A stretch of DNA of 64,000 nt. It comes from Clostridia bacterium. GTDB taxonomy: Bacteria > Bacillota > Clostridia > Oscillospirales > CAG-272. This document shows, in pieces, positions 55,481-64,000 of this stretch (position 1 is its first letter; each line of letters starts with the position of its first letter). The DNA lies in the NCBI GenBank assembly GCA_017517035.1, contig JAFXAN010000112.1, positions 3,648 to 67,647 on the forward strand. Reading direction: 5' to 3'. The notes below the pieces were generated by a model. That model was given only the letters and a program-made list of their open reading frames with translations. It searched no databases and was not told the DNA's origin. Made by a program: the position numbers and the translations under genes.

Positions 55481-56761
55481 TTATTTAAGAAGCTTTTCGA
55501 CTGCAGCCAGCTTAACGCAGCAGACGAGGACTTCCATTGCTGCCACAAGCTCCTCATCGGAGGGGAATGTGGGAGCGATTCTGATGTTTCTGTCTCTGGG
55601 GTCATTTCCATAGGGGAATGTTGCGCCGACAGTTGTGAGAGTTACGCCTGCTTCCTTTGCGAGGGCATAGGTTCTCTTAGCGCATCCGTCCATAGTATTT
55701 AGGCTTACAAAGTAACCGCCGAGAGGATTTGTCCATTCAGCAATTCCCGTATCCGAAAGCTCTTCACCGAGGATCTCGAGAACAGCCTCGAATTTAGGTC
55801 TGATAAGGTCAGCAAGCTTCATCATATGTGCTCTGATATTATCAACGCTCTTGAAATACTTAACATGTCTTATCTGATTTATCTTATCAAATCCGATGGT
55901 CTGAACGCCCATGATAGGCTTGATAAACTTAAGATTATTGGGGCTTGAGCCGAAAATCGCAACGCCGGAGCCGGGGAAAGAAATCTTTGATGTTGAAGCA
56001 AAGAAGAAGATTCTGTCCTCGTTTCCGTGCTTTTCGGCTTCTGCATAGATATTTAGAAGCTCATCGTGCTTATCGGGATAAAGATCGTGAACGATATACG
56101 CATTATCCCAGAAGATTCTGAAATCATTTGCTGCACACTTCATAGCCGCAAGACTGCGAACCGTTTCATCGGAATATGTGATTCCTTCGGGATTTGAATA
56201 TTTGGGGCAGCACCAGATTCCCTTGATAGCGGGATCTGAGGAGACATACTTTTCAACAGCATCCATATCGGGTCCTGTTGGTGTCATATCAACTGTTATC
56301 ATCTCAATACCGAGAGATTCACAGATGGCAAAATGACGGTCATAGCCGGGGGCAGGGCAGATGAATTTTACCTTATCAAGCTTGCACCAAGGCTTTTCGC
56401 TTCCGTAAACTCCATAGAGCATTGCTCTTGCAACCGCATCATACATGAGATTGAGGCTGGAGTTTCCGCAAACAACGATATTTTCATCCGGAACATCGAA
56501 AAGCTCGGCAAAAAGCCTTTTTGCCTCGGGGATTCCGTCAAGGATACCATAGTTGCGGCAATCGAAGCCTGCCTCGGATCTGCAGTCCTCACCTGTGGCA
56601 ATGACATCGAGCATACCTTCAAGCATATCAAGCTGTTTTTTTCCCGGCTTACCTCTTGAAAGGTCAAGAGAAAGACCGAGACTCTTATATTTATCGTACT
56701 GCTTCTGCAGCTTTGCGCCGAGCTTTTCAAGCTCTGCGCGGGAAAGATCTGTATATTTCAT
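55481..56761 (-). CDS. PLP-dependent aminotransferase (class I/II fold)
   Basis: Size and sequence typical of the fold-type I aminotransferase family. Candidate PLP-lysine region is [10 protein letters not shown]. Confidence 0.75.
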   Translation of the reverse strand: MKYTDLSRAELEKLGAKLQKQYDKYKSLGLSLDLSRGKPGKKQLDMLEGMLDVIATGEDCRSEAGFDCRNYGILDGIPEAKRLFAELFDVPDENIVVCGNSSLNLMYDAVARAMLYGVYGSEKPWCKLDKVKFICPAPGYDRHFAICESLGIEMITVDMTPTGPDMDAVEKYVSSDPAIKGIWCCPKYSNPEGITYSDETVRSLAAMKCAANDFRIFWDNAYIVHDLYPDKHDELLNIYAEAEKHGNEDRIFFFASTSKISFPGSGVAIFGSSPNNLKFIKPIMGVQTIGFDKINQIRHVKYFKSVDNIRAHMMKLADLIRPKFEAVLEILGEELSDTGIAEWTNPLGGYFVSLNTMDGCAKRTYALAKEAGVTLTTVGATFPYGNDPRDRNIRIAPTFPSDEELVAAMEVLVCCVKLAAVEKLLK

Positions 56762-56784
56762 TTAAAAAACCTCTTGTTTGTGGA

Positions 56785-58179
56785 TTAGAAATCGGCATTG
56801 CCGGTTGTTCTCGGGAAAAGTTCAACATCTCTTATGTTGGAGATACCTGTGATGTACATAATAAGTCTCTCAAAGCCGAGACCGAAGCCCGCATGCTTAG
56901 TTCCACCGAACTTGCGAAGCTCAAGATACCACCAATAGTCTTTTTCCTCAAGACCGAAGGTTTTGAGAGCGTCAAGAAGCATATCCATTCTTTCCTCACG
57001 CTGAGAACCGCCGATAAGCTCACCAACACCGGGAACGAGCATATCCATGGCTGCAACAGTCTTGCCGTCATCATTGCGGCGCATATAGAATGCCTTGATC
57101 TCACGGGGATAATCTGTAACGAAAACAGGCTTCTTGAAGATCTGCTCTGTGAGATATCTCTCATGCTCTGTTTGAAGGTCGATGCCCCATTCAACGGGAT
57201 ATTCGAACTTGTGTCCGCTCTCCTTAAGGAGCTTAACGGCCTCGGTATAGGTAACTCTGCCGAAATCGCTGTTAATAAGATCGGTAAGTCTCTGAATGAC
57301 AGTTTTATCAATTCTCTGGTTGAAGAATTCAAGCTCACGGGGACACTGCTCCATAACATAGCGGAGAACATATTTTACCATATCCTCTGCAAGCTTCATA
57401 TCGTCCTCAAGATCTGCAAAAGCGATCTCCGGCTCAACCATCCAGAATTCTGCTGCGTGTCTTTGTGTATAGGAGACTTCTGCACGGAATGTGGGACCGA
57501 AAGTATATATGCTTCCATAAGCGAGAGCCATGCACTCAGCGTTAAGCTGACCTGAAACGGTAAGGCTTGCTTTTTTGCCAAAGAAATCCTTAGAGAAGTC
57601 AACCTCTCCATCCTCTGTGAGAGGAGGATTTTTTGGATCAAGGGTCGTTACTCTGAACATCTCGCCTGCTCCCTCGCAGTCTGAGGCTGTTATAAGGGGT
57701 GTCTGTGCATAAACAAATCCTCTGTCCTGGAAGAATTTATGAATTGCGTAAGCCGCAACCGAGCGAACACGGAAAACAGCATAATAAGTGTTTGCTCTTG
57801 GACGAAGATGAGCGATGGTGCGGAGATATTCGGGTGTGTGGCGCTTATTCTGAATAGGATAATCGGGAGTTGACTTTCCCTCGACCTCAACTGCGCTTGC
57901 GTGCAGCTCAAAGGGCTGGGGAGCATCGGGGGTCATGACCAGAGTTCCGCGGACAACAAGAGCTGCGCCGATATTCTGAGAAGCTATCTCCTTATAATTT
58001 TCGATTTTAGTGCTTTCAATAACCACCTGAAGACTTGTAAAGTAGCTACCGTCATTAAGCATTATGAACCCAAATGCGTTACTTGTGCGTATATTTCTTG
58101 CCCAACCCGCAACTGTTATTTCCTTGCCTTCATAGTCGGCGGGCGATGTGAAGATGGATTTCAGAACTACTCTGTCCAT
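56785..58179 (-). CDS. asnS: asparagine--tRNA ligase
   Basis: N-terminal OB fold ([13 protein letters not shown]), then class II motifs (FRAE..., [17 protein letters not shown]). Confidence 0.93.
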   Translation of the reverse strand: MDRVVLKSIFTSPADYEGKEITVAGWARNIRTSNAFGFIMLNDGSYFTSLQVVIESTKIENYKEIASQNIGAALVVRGTLVMTPDAPQPFELHASAVEVEGKSTPDYPIQNKRHTPEYLRTIAHLRPRANTYYAVFRVRSVAAYAIHKFFQDRGFVYAQTPLITASDCEGAGEMFRVTTLDPKNPPLTEDGEVDFSKDFFGKKASLTVSGQLNAECMALAYGSIYTFGPTFRAEVSYTQRHAAEFWMVEPEIAFADLEDDMKLAEDMVKYVLRYVMEQCPRELEFFNQRIDKTVIQRLTDLINSDFGRVTYTEAVKLLKESGHKFEYPVEWGIDLQTEHERYLTEQIFKKPVFVTDYPREIKAFYMRRNDDGKTVAAMDMLVPGVGELIGGSQREERMDMLLDALKTFGLEEKDYWWYLELRKFGGTKHAGFGLGFERLIMYITGISNIRDVELFPRTTGNADF

Positions 58180-58330
58180 GTTTCTTCCTCCTTGTTAAAA
58201 ATCTGTTTAAAAATAAATTTTTGAAAAAGCAAAAATGCAAGTTCAAAGTTGATTAACAGATATATTATATACATATTTTGGGAATTTTCAACATAATATG
58301 AACATTTTTAACTTAATAACACCATTTTGT

Positions 58331-60754
58331 TTACATATTATTCGCATTTTTCCAAAAGCTACCGATGATTTTTGCAAGTTCGGAAACAGAACTTGCATTT
58401 TTTATGTTTTCCCAGTGTTCGGGAAAGAGGCATTTATACTGTGGTGTTTGGTATCTGTCATCGATGAGAACTACGATTCCTCGATCATCTTCTCGCCTGA
58501 TAACTCTTCCGGATGCCTGAAGGACCTTATTCATTCCGGGGAAGGTATAGGCATAGTCATATCCCTGTTCGTATTTCAGCTCGTAAAAATCTCTGATGAT
58601 ATTCAGCTCATTTGAAAGCTGCGGAAGACCTACTCCGACAATTATACTGCCTACAAGGCGTTTTCCGGGAAGGTCAACTCCCTCTGAAAAGCTGCCGCCC
58701 AGAACACAGAACCCAACTCGCATATTATCTTCATCATCCTTGAAAAAGTCAAGAAAATGGTTCTTTTCGGCATGAGTCATTCCTCTTGTCTGGACATTGA
58801 GCGAAACTGCGGGAAAGGCGGCGGAAAAACGCTTTGCCACATTTTCCATATAGCTATATGAAGGAAAATATACGATATAGTTTCCCTTATGAGGCAGTAT
58901 CGAGGCTGCGATCGTCTTTGCTATTTTACCGTAGCTATCAGCTCTGTCATCGAATCTTGTACTTATGGGCAGTGTGCAGAGACAAAGATTTTCGGTGGGG
59001 AATGGGGAGGGAAGAGCAAGAGATGTTGCTTTTTCAGCTCCGCCGAGAACGTCGATAAAATAATTTATCGGTGTCATTGTTGCGGAAAACAATACGCAGG
59101 CACAGGCTGAATTCATGCATTCCCCCAAAACTTCCGAGGGGTCGATGCAATATGCTTTGACAGTTATATCACCCTCTGCAACAAGGATATAGGTTCTGAA
59201 ATGCTCATCATAATAATCGAGGATAGTGCAGAATGCCTTGATCTCGGAGATAAGGTCAAAGAGAATCTCGGAGATCGGAGCGCCGGGATGCTTTTTAGAA
59301 TAAAGATCGACACGGGACAAGAACTTGTTCAGCTCCTCCGTGAGCCTTGATACGGGATTGGTACTAAAATAAAAGCCCATATCATTTCCGTTTTCATCCT
59401 TTGTCAGATTGTCCGAGCAGAGCTTTTTTAGCCCTTTGAATGTTCGTATTATTTCCTCAAAATATGAGATAAGCTTGTTTTCGTCGATGGGAAGCTCGGA
59501 GTAGTAACGCTCAAGGGTGGAAAGTGAAAGCCGGGCTGAATACATTTCTCTTGCTCTGTCTGCAAGATTGTGTGCTTCATCCGTCAAAAACACGAATTTT
59601 TCGCTTTTTTTATCCGAAAGTTCTCCGAAATATCTTTGAAGCCTGACGGATGGGGAAAAAACATAGTTATAATCGCAGATTATTATGTCGCAATATTCGC
59701 TCAGATCAAGTGAAAGTTCATATGGACAGATTCCGTATTTGTTTGCAACATCTGCGATAAGATGCGGTGTATAGCCGTTTGCAGTGGTGAGAAGCTCGTA
59801 GAGCGCATCCTCGCTACCCGCATAATAACGCCTTGAAAGCTCGCATTTTTCTCCGGAGCAGAAGCTGCTTATCCTCATTCCCGATAGTTTAGCTGCTGAA
59901 TTTGCGCACATCTGCTCCTTGGGATCGAGGATCATAACTCGAAGAGAAGCACCCGCCTCAAACATTTTTTTGACGGCTGAAAAAGCCTCTCTTCTCGTGC
60001 TTGCCTTTGCGGTAAGGTAAAATATCTTGTCGCAAAGACCGCACCCCAAGGCTTTAACTGCCGGGTAGAGGACGGATATTGTTTTTCCGATTCCCGTGGG
60101 TGCCTGAACGAAAAGCCTTGAGCCGTCATGGATCGCTCTGAAGCATTCCTCAATAAGCTCCTTTTGACCCTTACGCATTTTACCGAATGGAAATTTCATT
60201 TCGGAAACAGAATCCTTTTCATCGGTGGATCTTTTGATGCAAAGCTTTGCGAATCGCTCAATGGAAACCAAGCGGCTTCTTATCTCTCTTGAGAGGAATG
60301 CATTGCAATATTCATTTTCGATGATCCGTGCCTTTCCTGTTTCGGCGTTCAGAATTACTGTGCGCAATGTAATGCTCTCGGCTTCATATTTTGTTGCCGC
60401 AAGACCAGCAGTGCAAAGACTTTTTGCCATGAAAACCGGCTCGGGGGGCATTGCAAATGCTTTTCCTTTTACCGCTTTCACAGAATAAACGGTAATTTTT
60501 CCGTCTTTTTTTAAAATTCCGTCAGCCATTCCCGATAATTCATAGTGGATCCCGCTGATCGAAACTGTCATAAGAAGTGATTCATCGGGGGAGAAGAAAA
60601 TGCCAAGCTCCTTTGCGAGACTGTCACGGTATTTTTGTCTTGCACTTTCAAATTCCGCCGCTCTGTATTTACCGATATATCCGCTTTCGATACTTCTTCG
60701 GCAAAGCTCATCCGTATCGAGAAAAATAACAGCTCTCTCCGTGATATATTGCAT
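58331..60754 (-). CDS. XPD/DinG-family (Rad3-like) ATP-dependent DNA helicase with an extra N-terminal domain of about 190 aa
   Basis: Walker A QAPTGIGKT, DEAH box LTDEAHNL, a Cys cluster between them (C..C..C..C, FeS-like), and a C-terminal QASGRVIRR motif. Confidence 0.85.
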   Translation of the reverse strand: MQYITERAVIFLDTDELCRRSIESGYIGKYRAAEFESARQKYRDSLAKELGIFFSPDESLLMTVSISGIHYELSGMADGILKKDGKITVYSVKAVKGKAFAMPPEPVFMAKSLCTAGLAATKYEAESITLRTVILNAETGKARIIENEYCNAFLSREIRSRLVSIERFAKLCIKRSTDEKDSVSEMKFPFGKMRKGQKELIEECFRAIHDGSRLFVQAPTGIGKTISVLYPAVKALGCGLCDKIFYLTAKASTRREAFSAVKKMFEAGASLRVMILDPKEQMCANSAAKLSGMRISSFCSGEKCELSRRYYAGSEDALYELLTTANGYTPHLIADVANKYGICPYELSLDLSEYCDIIICDYNYVFSPSVRLQRYFGELSDKKSEKFVFLTDEAHNLADRAREMYSARLSLSTLERYYSELPIDENKLISYFEEIIRTFKGLKKLCSDNLTKDENGNDMGFYFSTNPVSRLTEELNKFLSRVDLYSKKHPGAPISEILFDLISEIKAFCTILDYYDEHFRTYILVAEGDITVKAYCIDPSEVLGECMNSACACVLFSATMTPINYFIDVLGGAEKATSLALPSPFPTENLCLCTLPISTRFDDRADSYGKIAKTIAASILPHKGNYIVYFPSYSYMENVAKRFSAAFPAVSLNVQTRGMTHAEKNHFLDFFKDDEDNMRVGFCVLGGSFSEGVDLPGKRLVGSIIVGVGLPQLSNELNIIRDFYELKYEQGYDYAYTFPGMNKVLQASGRVIRREDDRGIVVLIDDRYQTPQYKCLFPEHWENIKNASSVSELAKIIGSFWKNANNM

Positions 60755-60934
60755 TTTTCTTCCCTCCTTTCGGGAAAATAATACATATATTTTAACATAT
60801 TATCCCTGTCAAGTCAAGACCTGCATGAAGGGCAGCACCTCAATCTTTATTTTTGAAGGTTTTATCTTTATTTTAAACACTTGAAAAAGGACTTTTTGTG
60901 TGTTAAAATTATAATCAGAAAAGGAGGTGCTTTT

Positions 60935-63418
60935 ATGCACAAATATAACTACCGTGATGGGCTTGATACGGGCAGGATTTGCCTTGAAATGAGTCTTAAG
61001 CCCTTTGTTTTTCTTGATGATGAATATATTGAGAGTGTTTGCCGTCACCTTTTTGAGGATTGGAAGCCTCTTATAAAAAAGGCATCCTCTGTAGCTGTTA
61101 TGCTTTGGACCGCAGACGGAAGTGAGATACTCGAATATGACGGTGATCTTTCAAAGGAGTTCAATTGGTGCAATCTCATAGGCATAGGCAATCCAAGAAA
61201 AGAACCGAAGGACGAGATTGAATTTCATATGCCTCATGTTCGTTCCGTTCCTTATAATGAAAACAAGCATTCGTTTACATACGGAGATCTGAAAAGGGTG
61301 ATTACCGCTCTTAAAAAGGTCGGTAAAGAGTTGACCGGAAAGGAAATATCTGTTGTAGAAACCTTTGATCCCGGTCCTGAATTTGCAAAATCCGATTTTA
61401 AATTCAATAGACATAAAGAGCTTGCTGTGGGCAGTATTATGGGAAATAATATGTGGATCCATTGCGCTTCAAAGCTTCATGCTGAAAATAAAAAATATGC
61501 TGCTTTTCCTGATGGCATTCCTGAAGGTACTCCCTTTGGGACATTTCTCGGAAAGCAGTTTATGGCTTTGAAAAATGATATCGGATTTGACCGCATCTGG
61601 CTTTCAAACGGCTTTGGATTTTCGCTTCAGTCATGGAATTGCTATGGAGAGGTTTTTGATGGTGAAAGATTTGATTTCTCGGGCGCAAAGGCTGTTCGTG
61701 AAAGTATAAATGAATTTTGGCGCACATTCACCGCCGAAACCGGTGACATGGTCATTGAAACGAGAGGAAGCAACCTTTCGATGGCGATGGATATTTCTGC
61801 TCACGGCTGTCCTGTTGATGATATATATGGTTATAACATGATAGCACCGCCAAATTCCCCTTGGGCGGCACTGAATTCACGCTTTGGTCTTGAGCTTTGC
61901 GGCTATCTTTCGAGAATTGCCACACTTCCCGATAACGGCTTTCTTTTCAGATATTACACCCATGATCCGTGGTGGGCAAATTCTCCCTGGTTTGACAGAT
62001 ACGGAAGATGTCCTCATGATATTTATCTCCCTCTCGCACTGGCGAGACTTGATGAAAACGGAAAGATTACAAGACCTTATGGCATAAATCTCCTTTCTTG
62101 CGACGATTCCTTTGGAGATATGCCTGAAAAATGTCCGAATGAGGTCATTCCTCATCTGCTCTCTGCAATGAATGACTATCCCGAGTCCTGCGGCCCCGTA
62201 ACATGGCTGTATCCTTTCAAAACCTATTGTGATATAGGACTTCGTGACGGTAAGCCCGACAGAATTTTCATGGATGATTGGTTTATTGAGGCTGCCCTTG
62301 ATCTTGGATTCCCCATGAGCAGCGTTATCTCGGATGAGAATTTTGATAAAGTTGATGCTTCGATCTTCAAAAACACCGTAATTTTTACGGCTGTTCCCGA
62401 GGAAGGCTCACTGCTTGAAAAATGCGTATTCAAAGCACTTGAGAACGGTATAAGAGTCCTTCTTTACGGTAGCTGTGCTCATGCATCGCATAAGCTCTAC
62501 GATCTTCTGGGAATAAAAAAGACAGAGCCCATAGAGGGGGAATTTACCATTGACAAGAGCATTATTTTCGACAGTTTTGAAAAGGATGATCTCGCAAGCA
62601 GCTTCAATCACATCTCTCTTTATTCAGGTGGAGGTCTTTGCGAGTCAGTTAAGGATAGCGAAAAGGTGATTTCAACGGTCAAGAGTACAAACGGTGAAGA
62701 GAGAGCTTATCTTGCGCTTGGGAAAAATATTGCTTGGGTTAGAGGAAGCTTCCCACATGATCCTAATAGGAACGGAAGCCTGCCCGAGATAATTCCCGCA
62801 AATGAAGCATTCCCCGTGGCATCCCTTATGCGTTCGGCTCTGGCACTTCTCGGCTTTAAGCTCAGCTTTTCTGCTTATTCCGCAGGGGATGCACTGCCCG
62901 TTACTGTTGTGTCTGATAGTAAGGAATCTATGTTCCTTACCACATTTGCAAAAAATATGAATGTCAAAATGCTCATGTCAACACCTCTCGGTGCGCCCGT
63001 CTGCACCGGACTTGATGCCATTGTTGAAAATGATACATCCGAAATGATCATGCCAAAATGGCAGCATGAGGAGCTTCAGATGTTTATTAAGCAGAAGGAA
63101 CGCTCGCAGATCATAACCAGACATGAAATAAACGGTCCTTACCTAAGATGTGATAAGAGACTTTCGATCTCCGGTCTTGCTGATGCGAGGGTATATATCA
63201 GACTTCCCGAGCCTTTCGCTCATGCGGAATATGCAAAATCGGGAGTTTGGCCTTGGTTTAAATATTCTTCGCCTATGAAATATACCGATGATGGCTGCTT
63301 TGCTTATGCCGATGGACTTACGGGCTGCTATGATTTTTCTTTCCAGACAAAGGACACAAGAGAGGAATATATCGAAAAAGGTTTTGTTCACGATGATGAG
63401 ACTTTTTGGAAAAATTAG
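60935..63418 (+). CDS. large uncharacterised protein (827 aa)
   Basis: Uninterrupted ORF. ATG at 60935 follows AAAGGAGGTG. No diagnostic motif recognised; no signal peptide. Confidence 0.6.
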   Translation: MHKYNYRDGLDTGRICLEMSLKPFVFLDDEYIESVCRHLFEDWKPLIKKASSVAVMLWTADGSEILEYDGDLSKEFNWCNLIGIGNPRKEPKDEIEFHMPHVRSVPYNENKHSFTYGDLKRVITALKKVGKELTGKEISVVETFDPGPEFAKSDFKFNRHKELAVGSIMGNNMWIHCASKLHAENKKYAAFPDGIPEGTPFGTFLGKQFMALKNDIGFDRIWLSNGFGFSLQSWNCYGEVFDGERFDFSGAKAVRESINEFWRTFTAETGDMVIETRGSNLSMAMDISAHGCPVDDIYGYNMIAPPNSPWAALNSRFGLELCGYLSRIATLPDNGFLFRYYTHDPWWANSPWFDRYGRCPHDIYLPLALARLDENGKITRPYGINLLSCDDSFGDMPEKCPNEVIPHLLSAMNDYPESCGPVTWLYPFKTYCDIGLRDGKPDRIFMDDWFIEAALDLGFPMSSVISDENFDKVDASIFKNTVIFTAVPEEGSLLEKCVFKALENGIRVLLYGSCAHASHKLYDLLGIKKTEPIEGEFTIDKSIIFDSFEKDDLASSFNHISLYSGGGLCESVKDSEKVISTVKSTNGEERAYLALGKNIAWVRGSFPHDPNRNGSLPEIIPANEAFPVASLMRSALALLGFKLSFSAYSAGDALPVTVVSDSKESMFLTTFAKNMNVKMLMSTPLGAPVCTGLDAIVENDTSEMIMPKWQHEELQMFIKQKERSQIITRHEINGPYLRCDKRLSISGLADARVYIRLPEPFAHAEYAKSGVWPWFKYSSPMKYTDDGCFAYADGLTGCYDFSFQTKDTREEYIEKGFVHDDETFWKN

Positions 63419-63446
63419 AACCAATAGTTTTACCGTATGAAATGAT

Positions 63447-63639
63447 AGGCAGTAATTTGTCGGTGAGTTATAAATGGCAGTTGTGGGTTTGTCCTCCGTT
63501 AATGCTAATAGATTCTTCGCTACGCTCAGAATGACGAGTTAGGGTGAAGGCGCTTCTTGTCATCCTGAACGAAGTGAAGGATCTAGAAACGCTAAAGGAT
63601 GATTTTATCACTATCTGACTGTTCGACAAATTACTGTTT
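63447..63639. mobile_element. MITE-like element, sister of 21578-21768 in inverted orientation
   Basis: Degenerate left TIR (GGCAGTAATTTGTCG) and intact right TIR (CGACAAATTACTGTTT). Inverted GATTCTTCGCTACGCTCAGAATGAC / GTCATCCTGAACGAAGTGAAGGATC arms. Confidence 0.75.
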
Positions 63640-63654
63640 GAAAATTCATCAACA

Positions 63655-63682
63655 GCAAAAGCCACCTGTGGGTGGCTTTTTG
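63655..63682 (+). terminator. rho-independent terminator
   Basis: AGCCACC TGTG GGTGGCT followed by T5. It is separated from the upstream gene by the MITE. Confidence 0.75.
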
Positions 63683-63739
63683 TGATAGTTGGTTGAAATA
63701 TTGAGTTATTCGTGTTATAATTAATGTGGAGGGATAGAA

Positions 63740-64000
63740 TATGACAGAGCTAGAAAAGATACAATATACCAAGAATTTTATTGACAAATTAGCAAGTGGT
63801 ATCAATCCTCTTGATGACAGCCCCATTTCGGACGGTGAGGTCGCAAAAAATCCGAGGATTCTCGGATGCTTTTCGTATGTTTCAGACATTCTCGGTAGAG
63901 TTATTGAAAATGGAGGCACGGAAAAAAAGAAAAAGCACAAGAAAAAATCCTTTGAAATTCCCGAGGACAAGCGAGATGATCTGATTGCTTCGGAAAAGCT
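63740..64000 (+). CDS. hypothetical protein, 5' part only (runs off the window)
   Basis: ATG at 63740 follows GGAGGG. 87 codons are open to the window end (MTELEKIQYTKNFIDKLASGINPLDD...KKKKHKKKSFEIPEDKRDD). It is absent from the ORF track because there is no stop codon. Confidence 0.55.

Noticed and set aside
56656-57555. 299-aa ORF antisense to asnS and the aminotransferase
   Set aside because: It spans two well-supported minus-strand genes and the gap between them, so it is a shadow ORF.
58180-58330. Possible T-box leader upstream of asnS
   Set aside because: The intergenic region is only about 150 nt and AT-rich. I saw no specifier-loop or T-box (AGGGTGGNACCGCG-like) sequence and no terminator/antiterminator pair.
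63468-63970. ORFs 63468-63665 (contains HSERSEES) and 63611-63970 on the minus strand
   Set aside because: The first is a translation of the MITE inverted repeat. The second runs antisense across a terminator and the start of the plus-strand partial gene.

Overview
A gene-dense chromosomal window from a low-GC spore-forming Firmicute. It looks Clostridia-like, but the species cannot be determined from the sequence alone. Housekeeping anchors are rpsF-ssb-rpsR, ychF, asnS and tRNA-Lys. They are interspersed with carbohydrate and esterase genes, many one-component regulators (3 AraC, 2 DeoR, LysR, IclR, PadR, XRE), transporters, and a two-component system with HtrA. Four things stand out. (1) At the left edge a large serine recombinase gene runs in-frame, with no stop codon, into a 5'-truncated spoVT. 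This looks like the right junction of a mobile element inserted into a forespore sporulation regulator. (2) A very dense family of MITE-like elements occupies 8 intergenic loci (10 modules). All are bounded by the same terminal inverted repeat, AAACAGTAATTT...AAATTACTGTT. They carry exchangeable arms and GTAG-headed GC-rich palindrome doublets (REPIN-like), and two copies include a roughly 300-nt highly structured module. (3) An intact cluster encodes an unusually short glycyl-radical enzyme (GRE) translationally coupled to an SMP-30/gluconolactonase-like beta-propeller and an SGNH hydrolase, followed by a GRE activase. (4) A second, decayed copy of the same idea (IclR, propeller with in-frame TAG, short GRE, frameshifted activase stub) sits on a compositionally foreign island of about 3.8 kb flanked by imperfect direct repeats. 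No CRISPR array, rRNA or complete IS element was seen.
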